Assembly (NCBI GenBank): GCA_051893615.1
Contig: JBJFHM010000034.1
Coordinates: 76,416 to 140,415 of the forward strand
Length of the DNA: 64,000 bases
From: Oscillospiraceae bacterium
GTDB lineage: Bacteria; Bacillota; Clostridia; Oscillospirales; Ruminococcaceae
Direction: 5' to 3'
Made by a program: the position numbers and the translations under genes. Below the pieces are notes generated by a model. It was not told where the DNA came from, did no database searches, and saw only the letters and a program-made list of their open reading frames with translations. Of the stretch, positions 47,198 through 56,826 are shown piece by piece (the first letter of the stretch is position 1; each line of letters opens with the position of its first letter).

Positions 47198-48524
47198 GAA
47201 AAGATAAGCACTCCTTAATAAAATTATTAATCTGTTGTAAGTTGCCATAAAAATATAAGTGTGGATATCCTGCATAGAAACTCTTACCACCATGAACACA
47301 TTTCCAAGATGTGTTATTACTAACCTTAATCGCAAGATAATCCAAGCCATTGTTAGTAGTATCGGAATAGTGAAATTCATGGGTGATTAAATCTTCATTA
47401 AACATTAGATTTTTACTCTTAGGAATAAGTCTAGTATAACCAAAACGATTAAGTCTATCAGTTTTAAAACAATCACCATGGAATATATCTGCCATGGGAT
47501 ATTTTATACCATCTACGATAATGTTAGACTGTAAATACATAAATCCACCACATTCAGCAATGTATGGAATACCACTATTGATGGCTTTTCTAATACTTTC
47601 TATCATAGAAAGATTTTTTGAAAGTTGTTTAGCATATAGTTCAGGATATCCACCACAAAGGATTAAACCATCAATATTCTTAGGAAGTTGATTATCGTTT
47701 AGAGGACTAAAGTATACTATATCACAGTTAGAACGTTTCAAGAAGTCTATATTATCACCATATAGAAAAGAAAAGGCGACATCTTTGGAGATGGCTATTT
47801 TAACTCTTTTACCATCTATATGGTTGATTGGAACGTAATCTAAACTATCACAACGTGAGACTTCTAACAACTTTGGCACATCTAAAGTTTTACTGATAAC
47901 TTCTGCAAGGTTAGAAAGTTTAGTATCAAAATTAGAAACCTCTTCTGCAGTGATTAACCCTAAATGACGACTTTCAAGCAATAAATCTGATTTAAGTTTT
48001 GGAATATATCCTAATGGCACGATACCCATATTTAATGCAAAATTCTTAGAACTTTCATATAAGTTTGGCGATATCCTATTAAAGATTACTCCCTTAATTA
48101 AGTTGTCCTCCCTATATGATAAAAAACCTTTTAAAACTGCTCCTATTGATGCTCCCATTCCATGGCAATCTAATATTAAAATCGTTGGAGTATTAGTCAA
48201 TTTAGAGAGTTCATAGGTACTAGATTTTGTAGTAAATCCTATACCATCATAAAAACCCATGACGCCCTCTATTATTGAGATATCCACATTTTTAGAATTT
48301 TCACACAGTATATATTTTAGCACATTTTCCGAAGAAAAGCAACTATCTAAATTGTGAGAAGTACCACCAGTAATCCTACTATGATACATACCATCAATAT
48401 AGTCGCAACCACTTTTAAATGTAGATACTTTCAACCCTCTATCTATTAATATCTTTAAGATAGCAGTAGTTATAGAAGTCTTTCCACTACCACTACTATT
48501 CGCCGATATGATTAATCTATTCAT
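47172..48524 (-). CDS. cbiA: cobyrinate a,c-diamide synthase
   Basis: P-loop SSGSGKTS and C-terminal GATase (ECGGFMYL). Start refined to ATG 48522-48524 after GAGGGGG. Confidence 0.9.
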   Translation of the reverse strand: MNRLIISANSSGSGKTSITTAILKILIDRGLKVSTFKSGCDYIDGMYHSRITGGTSHNLDSCFSSENVLKYILCENSKNVDISIIEGVMGFYDGIGFTTKSSTYELSKLTNTPTILILDCHGMGASIGAVLKGFLSYREDNLIKGVIFNRISPNLYESSKNFALNMGIVPLGYIPKLKSDLLLESRHLGLITAEEVSNFDTKLSNLAEVISKTLDVPKLLEVSRCDSLDYVPINHIDGKRVKIAISKDVAFSFLYGDNIDFLKRSNCDIVYFSPLNDNQLPKNIDGLILCGGYPELYAKQLSKNLSMIESIRKAINSGIPYIAECGGFMYLQSNIIVDGIKYPMADIFHGDCFKTDRLNRFGYTRLIPKSKNLMFNEDLITHEFHYSDTTNNGLDYLAIKVSNNTSWKCVHGGKSFYAGYPHLYFYGNLQQINNFIKECLSFHENVRRIS

Positions 48525-48554
48525 AACAAACCCCCTCAAACTAAGATTTTAAAA

Positions 48555-49634
48555 CTATAATCTACCATGTATGTTAGAAAATAAGATATACTCAATTTTA
48601 AGACTATCTCCTGCCCTCTTCGATAGATAAAAAGATATCTTATCCTTTAAAACTTTAATAGCATCTTCAAAGATGTCGTTATCTTTTAAGATTTGAATGG
48701 CATCATCAGTAGTAACGCAGTTCATAATCTTATTTAAGATATCCGTGGTAGCACCACACTTTAAAGCACATATTGAAAGCGTTTCCATACGAGCATCACC
48801 ATACTTAGAATGAGTATTCATCAAACCACACCCTAGTTTTACCAATTTACCTATATGTCCTACTAATAAGATACTTTTAAAACCTAGTTCATTAGCCATA
48901 TCTAGGGTATCACCGATAAAGTTACTACATTGAATGGTATCCTCTTCGGATATGTCCATATTCTCTTTTACGAAAAAGTTACCATAGTTTCCTAAAGTAA
49001 TAATTAAGTCTTCAACACCACTAGATTTTTTTACGTTCAATTCTGCTTTTATGGTATCCAAGATTGCCTTATCACTCATAGGACGGACTATCCCAGTAGT
49101 GCCAAGAATGGATATCCCTCCGACTATTCCTAAACGTGGATTAAAAGTCTTATTTGCGATTTCTTCACCCTTTGGAACGGATATTATTACATCAAAACCA
49201 CCAGTGTATCCGTTAGCTGAAGCTAATTCTTCAAGGTTAATTTTTATCATCTCTCTAGGAGTGGAATTAATAGCCTTACTGCCTATAGGTTGATTTAATC
49301 CTTTTTTAGTAACAGTACCTACTCCTAAACCACCATCAATGTTGATGCCTTCATTAACCTTTTTGACTGTGGTTACTACTTCAATACCATTGGTGATGTC
49401 AATATCATCGCCACCATCTTTTAGAACCGTACAAGATATTCCATCTTCTGTAACTTTGTAACCCTCTATGGGGATAGTCAACACCTTACTATTAGGTGCT
49501 AATATATTCACACTTTTTGGAAAGTATCCCTCTAATAGATATGTCGCACTAGCTAAAGCTCCAGCAGTAGCACAAGAACCTGTAGTATATCCACACTTTA
49601 AAATCTTTCCATTATCGCAGATGTACTCTTTCAC
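48555..49634 (-). CDS. cbiD: cobalt-precorrin-5B C1-methyltransferase
   Basis: CbiD family (GYTTGSCA, GGDDIDITNG, GILGTTGIV). Probable GTG start at 49632-49634, 9 nt after AAAGGAG. Confidence 0.88.
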   Translation of the reverse strand: MKEYICDNGKILKCGYTTGSCATAGALASATYLLEGYFPKSVNILAPNSKVLTIPIEGYKVTEDGISCTVLKDGGDDIDITNGIEVVTTVKKVNEGINIDGGLGVGTVTKKGLNQPIGSKAINSTPREMIKINLEELASANGYTGGFDVIISVPKGEEIANKTFNPRLGIVGGISILGTTGIVRPMSDKAILDTIKAELNVKKSSGVEDLIITLGNYGNFFVKENMDISEEDTIQCSNFIGDTLDMANELGFKSILLVGHIGKLVKLGCGLMNTHSKYGDARMETLSICALKCGATTDILNKIMNCVTTDDAIQILKDNDIFEDAIKVLKDKISFYLSKRAGDSLKIEYILFSNIHGRL

Positions 49635-49868
49635 ACGATAACACTCCTTTCTTAACCATATGATAGTATTATACATCATAAATATTAATCTGTCACCATG
49701 CTAAGATATTGAGTATCTTACAAAAATATGAGAAACATTAAAAAAGATACTATCTAACTATAAAAAAATCAAAAAAAGACTTTTCAAATCGAATTTTATG
49801 TGCTATAATAAATTGTGTGTAAGAACATTATACACTTTGATTATAAATCATTATTAGGAGGTTAAAAT

Positions 49869-51587
49869 ATGAACGAAATGGAACTATATTCCCTATGGTG
49901 CGAAAAAGCTACTGAAGATGCAGACATAGTTCAAGAACTCAAAAGCATTGAAAATGATACTGACGCTATCAAAGAAAGATTTTATAAAAATCTTGAGTTT
50001 GGTACTGGTGGTCTAAGAGGTGTTATAGGTGCAGGTACTAGCAGATTAAATATCTACACTATAAGAAAGGCTACTCAAGGTCTAGCTGATTACGTCAATG
50101 AAAACTTTGAAAATCCAAGCGTTGCCGTTTCCTTTGATAGTCGTATAAAGTCAGATACTTTCGCTAAGACAGCTTGTGAAGTCTTAGCAGGTAATGGAAT
50201 AAAAGCATACATCTACACTGAATTGATGCCAACTCCAATGTTATCATTTGCAGTTAGAAACCTAAAGTGTAGTGCAGGTATTATGGTAACTGCCAGTCAT
50301 AACCCATCAAAGTATAACGGATACAAGGCTTATGGCGAAGACGGTTGTCAACTTAACCTTGAAAACTCAGAAATAGTAATAGAAAAAATCAACCAAGTCG
50401 ATATGTTTAATGGTGTTAAATACATCAACTTTGAAGATGGTATCAAACAAGGTTTAATAGAGTATATCTCTAACGATACTATCGAAAACTACTATGAGAA
50501 TGTACTATCTCAAGGTATTCATACCGATTTAGTTAAAGATAGTGGTCTAAAAGTAGTATACACTCCTTTGAATGGTACTGGTAATAAACCTGTTAGAACC
50601 ATTCTTGATAGAATAGGTATCAAAGAAGTTACCGTAGTTCCAGAACAGGAAAATCCAGATGGAAACTTTCCAACCTGTCCATTCCCTAACCCTGAAATTA
50701 GAGAGGCTTTAAATCTCGGTTTAAAACTCTGTGAAACTGTTAAACCTGACTTACTCCTTGCAACTGACCCTGATGCCGACCGTGTGGGTATTGCTGTACC
50801 TAATCCTAATGGTGATTACGTCCTATTCAGTGGTAATGAAGTAGGTGCTTTACTATTTGAGTACATCTGTAAAGAAAGAACTAAGTTAGGTACTATGCCA
50901 AAAAATCCTGTAGCAGTTAAGACCATAGTAACTACAGACATCTGCAAGAAGATTGCTAAAGAATATGGCGTAGAGCTTAGAGACGTCCTCACTGGTTTTA
51001 AGTTTATCGGTGAACAGATAGGTCTATTAGAAGCTGACGGTCAAGAAGATAGATATATCTTTGGTTTTGAAGAAAGCTATGGATATCTAGCTGGTGGATA
51101 CGTTCGTGATAAAGACGCTGTTGTAGCATCTATGTTAATATGTGAGATGGCTGCTTATTATAGAACTCAAGGTATATCCCTATTACAAGCGAGAGAAAAT
51201 CTCTATAATAAGTATGGAGTATATCACCACTCACAAGAGAGTTTCCAATTTGAGGGTATCTCTGGTATGCAAAAGATGGCAGAGATTATGAAGTCTTTAA
51301 GAGAGAACGTTCCTACTGAAATTGGGGGTCTAAAGGTTATCACTTTTGAAGATTATAAAGTTAGTACCTCCAAAGATACCACTACTGGTGAAGTGACTAC
51401 TCTAACTCTACCAAAGTCTGATGTATTAGTATTCAAACTAACTGATGGTGCTAGTGTAGTTATTAGACCTTCTGGCACTGAACCTAAGATTAAGGCTTAC
51501 TATACTACTATCGCAAACACTCAAGAGGAAGCATTGTCTTTAAAGAACACTATTTCCGATAGCTTTAAAAAGATTTTAGGCATTTGA
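49869..51587 (+). CDS. pgcA: phosphoglucomutase (alpha-D-phosphohexomutase family)
   Basis: 572 aa with the active-site loop TASHNPSKYNGYK. RBS AGGAGG. Confidence 0.92.
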   Translation: MNEMELYSLWCEKATEDADIVQELKSIENDTDAIKERFYKNLEFGTGGLRGVIGAGTSRLNIYTIRKATQGLADYVNENFENPSVAVSFDSRIKSDTFAKTACEVLAGNGIKAYIYTELMPTPMLSFAVRNLKCSAGIMVTASHNPSKYNGYKAYGEDGCQLNLENSEIVIEKINQVDMFNGVKYINFEDGIKQGLIEYISNDTIENYYENVLSQGIHTDLVKDSGLKVVYTPLNGTGNKPVRTILDRIGIKEVTVVPEQENPDGNFPTCPFPNPEIREALNLGLKLCETVKPDLLLATDPDADRVGIAVPNPNGDYVLFSGNEVGALLFEYICKERTKLGTMPKNPVAVKTIVTTDICKKIAKEYGVELRDVLTGFKFIGEQIGLLEADGQEDRYIFGFEESYGYLAGGYVRDKDAVVASMLICEMAAYYRTQGISLLQARENLYNKYGVYHHSQESFQFEGISGMQKMAEIMKSLRENVPTEIGGLKVITFEDYKVSTSKDTTTGEVTTLTLPKSDVLVFKLTDGASVVIRPSGTEPKIKAYYTTIANTQEEALSLKNTISDSFKKILGI

Positions 51588-51603
51588 TATCACTTATAAT
51601 ATC

Positions 51604-51638
51604 ATTAACGGATTGGCTTAGATAGTCAATCCGTTAAT
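51604..51638 (+). terminator. hairpin downstream of pgcA
   Basis: ATTAACGGATTG / CAATCCGTTAAT forms a 12-bp stem. The U-run is weak. Confidence 0.5.
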
Positions 51639-51664
51639 AGTTGAAAAATATTTTTGAAAATGTG

Positions 51665-51693
51665 TTGACTTTTCTTATTTCCTGTGTTATAAT
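51665..51693 (+). promoter_or_regulatory. consensus sigma-A promoter of rpmE
   Basis: TTGACT, 17 nt, TATAAT, with a TG extension (TGTTATAAT). Confidence 0.75.
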
Positions 51694-51794
51694 ATATTAC
51701 TGTAATCGGTCTGAAAGTACTACTGTCTAAGGCATCTGATGGGCTACTTTGGATTTTAAACTTATTCTAACTATGAAACGAGGTGTTTTAAATA

Positions 51795-51995
51795 ATGAAA
51801 CAGGGAATTCACCCAAATTTTGAAAAGACTACTATAACTTGTGCTTGTGGTAACGTTATTGAAACTCGTTCCACTAAGAAAGATATCAAGGTTGAAATCT
51901 GTTCTAAGTGCCACCCATTCTTTACTGGTAAGCAAAAACTAGTTGATACTGGCGGTCGTGTTGACAGATTTAAAAAGCGTTTCAACAGAGGCTAA
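51795..51995 (+). CDS. rpmE: 50S ribosomal protein L31 (Zn-binding type A)
   Basis: [10 protein letters not shown]-terminus with Cys pairs CACG and CSKC. Confidence 0.95.
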   Translation: MKQGIHPNFEKTTITCACGNVIETRSTKKDIKVEICSKCHPFFTGKQKLVDTGGRVDRFKKRFNRG

Positions 51996-52038
51996 TATCA
52001 ATATATATTTTGAAATTGCTAGAAAATTAGTCATTATA

Positions 52039-52067
52039 AGTGGATTTTTTATAAATCCACTTTTTTT
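52039..52067 (+). terminator. intrinsic terminator of rpmE
   Basis: AAGTGGATTT TTTAT AAATCCACTT followed by TTTTT. Confidence 0.85.
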
Positions 52068-52093
52068 GTTATATTTTTCGAGGAGGAAAATAT

Positions 52094-52495
52094 ATGAGTG
52101 CCTTATTACAAATTATCAACTCTTACTATGGTGGCAATATCCAACTTGATATAGGTGCTACCACAGAACAGTTAGAACTGTTAAAAAAATCTACAGGGTT
52201 CAAAGTGCCTAATGAGATGTTAGAACTATTATCTATTAGTAATGGCATCTATGAGATAGCCTATTTTAAAGAGATTAAACGTATTATTTCATGTATTATC
52301 TACCCTATAGATGAAATTATCCATGAAACTAAGGTATATACCAAATACTTTAACCTAGAAAATATCTTAGTGTTTTCAGATGATGGCTCAGAAAATCCAT
52401 TCATAATGAAAGATGACTATAAAATATATCTATACGACTGCGTATATAATCACCTTGAACTATATGCAGAAAGTATCTTTAAATTCTTTAACTAA
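52094..52495 (+). CDS. SMI1/KNR4 (SUKH-type) family protein
   Basis: 133 aa with a typical N-terminal segment (TTEQLELLKKSTGFKVPNEMLELLSISNG). RBS GGAGGA. Confidence 0.7.
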   Translation: MSALLQIINSYYGGNIQLDIGATTEQLELLKKSTGFKVPNEMLELLSISNGIYEIAYFKEIKRIISCIIYPIDEIIHETKVYTKYFNLENILVFSDDGSENPFIMKDDYKIYLYDCVYNHLELYAESIFKFFN

Positions 52496-52516
52496 CGTTG
52501 AAAGGAAGTGTAATCT

Positions 52517-53140
52517 ATGGGATATATCACTATTAAAGATAGAGCCGAAAACTCTTTTATTGAAAAGCATTCCGAATTTATAGGATATCTTGCACCAGTT
52601 ACTAACAATGATGAAGCAGTAGCTTTTATCAACGAGATAAAAGCTAAACATAGAAAAGCTACTCATAACGTATATGCCTACATTCTTAGAGATAATAACA
52701 TCATACGCTACTCAGATGACGGAGAACCTCAAGGCACAGCAGGAGTTCCAGTCCTTGACGTTCTACAGAAAAAAGGTCTAACAGATATCTGTTGTGTAGT
52801 CACTAGATACTTTGGAGGTATCTTATTAGGTGGTGGAGGATTGGTTAGAGCCTATTCTCATGCAACCTCTATCGCAATCGATAACGCCATTATTATGAAT
52901 ATGTGTAGTTGTTATCAATTAAGATTTTCAACCGATTATAATCTATATGGTAAGGTCAACTACGTTCTACCAGATTTTGATATCAAAATATTAGATACCT
53001 CCTTTACCGATTGCGTAACTATAACACTATTGGTTAAGGTTGAAAACTATCAAAAGTTAAATGATAAACTTATAGATATCTCTAATGGTCGTATTATGGT
53101 AGAAAAATCCGAGGAAATGTTTAGAGATTTTAACGCTTAG
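52517..53140 (+). CDS. yigZ: YigZ/IMPACT-family protein (UPF0029)
   Basis: KHRKATHNVYAY, SDDGEPQGTAG and RYFGGILLGGGGLVRAY motifs. Confidence 0.88.
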   Translation: MGYITIKDRAENSFIEKHSEFIGYLAPVTNNDEAVAFINEIKAKHRKATHNVYAYILRDNNIIRYSDDGEPQGTAGVPVLDVLQKKGLTDICCVVTRYFGGILLGGGGLVRAYSHATSIAIDNAIIMNMCSCYQLRFSTDYNLYGKVNYVLPDFDIKILDTSFTDCVTITLLVKVENYQKLNDKLIDISNGRIMVEKSEEMFRDFNA

Positions 53141-53153
53141 AAGGTGATTTGTT

Positions 53154-53915
53154 ATGGTACATTTTGTTGGCAGTGGTTCAGGTGCAGTGGATTTAATCAC
53201 CGTTAGAGGTGCAAAACTATTAAATCAAGCTGATGTAATTATCTATGCAGGTTCTTTGGTAAATCCACAACTTTTAGATGAGTATGCTAGAAAAGATTGT
53301 AAAATCTATGATAGTGCAAAGTTACATCTTGATGAGGTTATATCCATAATGATGGAGGCTGAAAAAAATAATCTAATCACGGTTAGATTACACACTGGTG
53401 ACCCCTCAATATATGGGGCTATCCGTGAACAGATGGACAGATTACAAGCCTTAAATATCCCTTATGATGTCTGCCCTGGGGTTAGTTCTTTCTGTGGAAT
53501 GGCAAGTTCTCTTAAATGTGAGTATACTCTGCCGAACGTATCACAGACGGTTATCATTACTCGTATGGAAGGCAGAACTCCAGTTCCCGAACGTGAAAAG
53601 ATATCCGAATTAGCTAAACACGGCTCAACTATGATTATCTTCCTATCTACCGGATTGTTAAAAGAATTATCTATGGAGTTAATCAAGGGGGGATATTCTC
53701 CCGATACTCAATCCGTGATAGTCTACAAGGCTACTTGGCAAGATGAAAAAATCTGTTATTGTACCGTTGAAAGTTTGTATCAAACTGCCAAAGATAATAA
53801 TATCACAAAGACGGCTTTAATCGGTGTAGGTGGATTTCTTGGCAATGATTATGAACTATCTAAACTTTATGATAAACACTTCTCAACAGAGTTTAGAAAA
53901 GGAATACTATCATGA
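53154..53915 (+). CDS. cbiF: cobalt-precorrin-4 C11-methyltransferase
   Basis: VHFVGSGSGAVDLITVRG and HTGDPSIYGA motifs of the tetrapyrrole methylase family. 253 aa. Confidence 0.92.
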   Translation: MVHFVGSGSGAVDLITVRGAKLLNQADVIIYAGSLVNPQLLDEYARKDCKIYDSAKLHLDEVISIMMEAEKNNLITVRLHTGDPSIYGAIREQMDRLQALNIPYDVCPGVSSFCGMASSLKCEYTLPNVSQTVIITRMEGRTPVPEREKISELAKHGSTMIIFLSTGLLKELSMELIKGGYSPDTQSVIVYKATWQDEKICYCTVESLYQTAKDNNITKTALIGVGGFLGNDYELSKLYDKHFSTEFRKGILS

Positions 53916-54907
53916 AAATAGCAGTAATCAGTTTAACTAAAAACGGCACAGATTTAAACTTAAAGATATCAAAATCAATGGGGACAGATGGTTTTACTTT
54001 AGAAAAGTATCAAAATACAGTTTTAAAAAGTTTTTCTAATATTCATGATATCGTTAAGTTGGTATTTGAGGAGTATCAAGGATTAATATTCATTGGTGCG
54101 TGTGGGATTGCCGTTAGATGTATCGCACCATATATCAAGAGTAAACTAACGGATATCCCTGTAGTAGTTTGTGATGAGTTAGGAAAGTACGCTATCCCGA
54201 TACTTTCGGGACATCTAGGGGGTGCTAATGAGTTGGCTAATCAAGTAGCAAAAATCACTGGTGGATTACCTATCATAACCACAGCAACCGATATCAATGA
54301 TAAGTTCGCCGTGGACGTTTGGGCAAAAGATAATAATTTAGCAATCTTAGAACCTCCCAAAATAAAAGATATCTCTTCAGCTATTCTGGATAATATCCCA
54401 GTAGGATTTTACTCTAATATATCCATTGTGAAACCTAAAGATTTAACTTATAGTAACAAAATAGGTATAGCAGTATCTAATAGGGTCGATATATCGCCTT
54501 TTGAGAATACTCTGCACTTACTTCCAAGGAATTTAGTCCTTGGAATAGGTTGTAAAAAGTTCGCCTCTATGATTAATATTGAAAATCTTGTGCTTGATAC
54601 TCTTGATACTTTGAATTTTAGTATACTATCAATAAAGAAAGTGTGTTCAATAGATTTAAAATCTAATGAGATTGGTCTTTTAGAGTTTTGCAGTAAGTAC
54701 GCCATAGAGGTGAAATTCTTTTCTAGTAATGAGTTGAACTCAATACAAGGTGATTTTAGCAAATCCAAGTTTGTGGAAAGTGTAACAAATGTAGATTGCG
54801 TTTGTGAACGTTCTGCAATCCGTGGGAGTAACAACGGAAAATTAATCCAAAAAAAGATTGCTCAAAATGGTGTAACTTTGGCAATCGCTATAGATGATTT
54901 ACATTGA
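53912..54907 (+). CDS. cbiG: cobalt-precorrin-5A hydrolase
   Basis: 331 aa two-domain CbiG (GACGIAVRCIAP, ITTATD, LGIGCKK). ATGA overlap with cbiF. Confidence 0.88.
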   Translation: MKIAVISLTKNGTDLNLKISKSMGTDGFTLEKYQNTVLKSFSNIHDIVKLVFEEYQGLIFIGACGIAVRCIAPYIKSKLTDIPVVVCDELGKYAIPILSGHLGGANELANQVAKITGGLPIITTATDINDKFAVDVWAKDNNLAILEPPKIKDISSAILDNIPVGFYSNISIVKPKDLTYSNKIGIAVSNRVDISPFENTLHLLPRNLVLGIGCKKFASMINIENLVLDTLDTLNFSILSIKKVCSIDLKSNEIGLLEFCSKYAIEVKFFSSNELNSIQGDFSKSKFVESVTNVDCVCERSAIRGSNNGKLIQKKIAQNGVTLAIAIDDLH

Positions 54908-54912
54908 TAAAA

Positions 54913-54944
54913 AAATCCCAAAAGGTTATATCCTAATGGGATTT
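54913..54944. terminator. bidirectional hairpin between cbiG and convergent recQ
   Basis: AAATCCCA ... TGGGATTT stem followed by ATCTTTTTT. It overlaps the last codons of recQ. Confidence 0.55.
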
Positions 54945-56768
54945 ATCTTTTTTATCCTTAGTGTTTTGATACTCTTTAATAGCTTTAATAAAAGTATCGC
55001 CATACTTTTCAAGTTTAAAATCGCCAACACCTGAAATTTTTAAAAATTCATCTTTTGAAGTAGGCAATTTTTGACACATTTCTTTAAGGGTAGCATCTGA
55101 AAAGATTATATATGATGGAATACTCTGAACGTGTGCTATATGCTGACGAACTTCTTTTAACTTTTCAAATAGGTTATCATCTATAGAATGTTTAGAAATC
55201 TTCTTAGCAACCTTTTTACTTTCAGTACTCTTAGGAACTTTCATAATTACAGATACATCACCTACTAAGATACCCTTAGCAGATTTAGTCAACTTTAAAA
55301 TAGCAGATAAGCCATCAGCTTGATAGATATACTTATGTAAAATAAGAAAGTTTACTACTTCTCTAATATATTTGTCGGTGCTATCTTTCATGATGCCATA
55401 TGTAGAGAGTTTATCAAAACCACGTTGAATGATATCCTTTTTTTTGCTACCTCTAAGGATATCCACTAGTAATGAAATCCCTATAGATTGCCTCGTCCTA
55501 TATATACATGATAGTATCTTTTGACTATCAATGGTGATATCAGCATCAACATAGTTTTTTAAACAGTTGCTACAGTTACCACAATTATCCATACCAACTT
55601 CACCGAAGTATTTTAATATATATGAACGCAAACAACTATTGATAGTACAATAAAAAGTCATGTATTTAAGTAATTCAAGTTCATTTTTTTTAATCATTTC
55701 TATGGTATCCTTGGGCAATTCGGGATTTTCACTATTTTCTATTAAAAATCTATTAAGGGATACATCTGCACCACTATATAACAAGATACATTGTGCAGGT
55801 TCACCATCACGCCCAGCCCTACCAGCCTCTTGATAGTAACCTTCAATATTTTTCGGCATATTGTAATGGATTACAAACGATACATTAGACTTATCAATGC
55901 CCATACCGAAAGCGTTAGTTGATACCATAATATCGCATTCATCATATATGAAAGCCTGTTGATTTTTAAACCTTTCTTCATTGGATAATCCTGCATGATA
56001 TCTTAATGCTTTATAATTCAAGTTTTGAAGTTTTTCGCAAACTTCCTCAACGGTCTTTCTAGTGCCACAATAGATTATTCCACACTTACCCTTATTTTTT
56101 TTGAGTATCTTCAACAATGCTGAAAACTTATCCTCAGGACGCTGAACTTCAAAATATAGATTTTCCCTATCAAAACCAGTAGTAATAGTATACGGATTTT
56201 TAAGTTTTAAAATCCTAGAGATATCTTTCTTTACCTGAGTGGTCGCAGTGGCTGTAAATGATGTTATTATCGGTCTATATGGTAACTTATTGATAAAATC
56301 CACTATCTTTAGATAACTAGGTCGGAAGTCGTGTCCCCATTGTGATACGCAGTGAGCCTCATCAACGGTGACCATACTTATTCGATTACTATAAGCAAAG
56401 TCCAAAAATCTAGGATTTTCTAACCTTTCAGGAGCTACATACACTATCTTAAAATATCCTTGGATAGCTAAATCTAGGGCATTTAGATACTCATTAAACG
56501 GCATGGAACTATTTAGATATACTGCCTTAATACCTACATCATTGAGGGCATTTACTTGGTCTTTCATCAAAGATATCAAAGGCGATACCACTATCGTGAT
56601 ACCTTTAAACATCAAGGCAGGTATCTGATAACACAAAGATTTTCCTGCACCTGTGGGCATTACTGCTAAGACATCACGCCCATTTAAGATATTGTCTATA
56701 ATCTCCTCTTGACCTTTTCTAAAAGTAGAGTATCCAAAGTACTCTTTTAGTATGGAATACTTGTCCAT
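54933..56768 (-). CDS. recQ: ATP-dependent DNA helicase RecQ
   Basis: Motif I TGAGKS, DEAH (VDEAHCVSQWGHDFR), Zn-finger Cys cluster and C-terminal HRDC. The probable start is MDKYSIL (ATG 56766-56768) after AAGGTGG. Confidence 0.93.
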   Translation of the reverse strand: MDKYSILKEYFGYSTFRKGQEEIIDNILNGRDVLAVMPTGAGKSLCYQIPALMFKGITIVVSPLISLMKDQVNALNDVGIKAVYLNSSMPFNEYLNALDLAIQGYFKIVYVAPERLENPRFLDFAYSNRISMVTVDEAHCVSQWGHDFRPSYLKIVDFINKLPYRPIITSFTATATTQVKKDISRILKLKNPYTITTGFDRENLYFEVQRPEDKFSALLKILKKNKGKCGIIYCGTRKTVEEVCEKLQNLNYKALRYHAGLSNEERFKNQQAFIYDECDIMVSTNAFGMGIDKSNVSFVIHYNMPKNIEGYYQEAGRAGRDGEPAQCILLYSGADVSLNRFLIENSENPELPKDTIEMIKKNELELLKYMTFYCTINSCLRSYILKYFGEVGMDNCGNCSNCLKNYVDADITIDSQKILSCIYRTRQSIGISLLVDILRGSKKKDIIQRGFDKLSTYGIMKDSTDKYIREVVNFLILHKYIYQADGLSAILKLTKSAKGILVGDVSVIMKVPKSTESKKVAKKISKHSIDDNLFEKLKEVRQHIAHVQSIPSYIIFSDATLKEMCQKLPTSKDEFLKISGVGDFKLEKYGDTFIKAIKEYQNTKDKKDKSH

Positions 56769-56826
56769 GTTATCAAACACCACCTTTTTAATTAATAGAT
56801 AATAATTAATAATTTCTATTACTTAA

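Noticed and set aside
37009-49634. The idea that pepV, the 59-aa/311-aa pair and nfo are functional parts of the cob operon, since few terminators are visible downstream of cbiC.
   Set aside because: Co-directionality in a densely packed minus-strand region is weak evidence. pepV has its own strong RBS and a 74-nt upstream gap that could hold a promoter. No functional link to B12 is known.
51694-51794. A ~100-nt 5' UTR of rpmE, considered as a possible ribosomal-protein leader or riboswitch.
   Set aside because: I can only find weak, imperfect pairings (CUGAAAGUAC with CUACUUUGG). I recall no L31-leader consensus to compare with. This would need an Rfam or covariation search.
51943-52149. 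A 68-aa plus-strand ORF bridging the rpmE 3' end, its terminator and the SMI1 start.
   Set aside because: It reads through a strong intrinsic terminator and overlaps two well-supported genes, so it is spurious.
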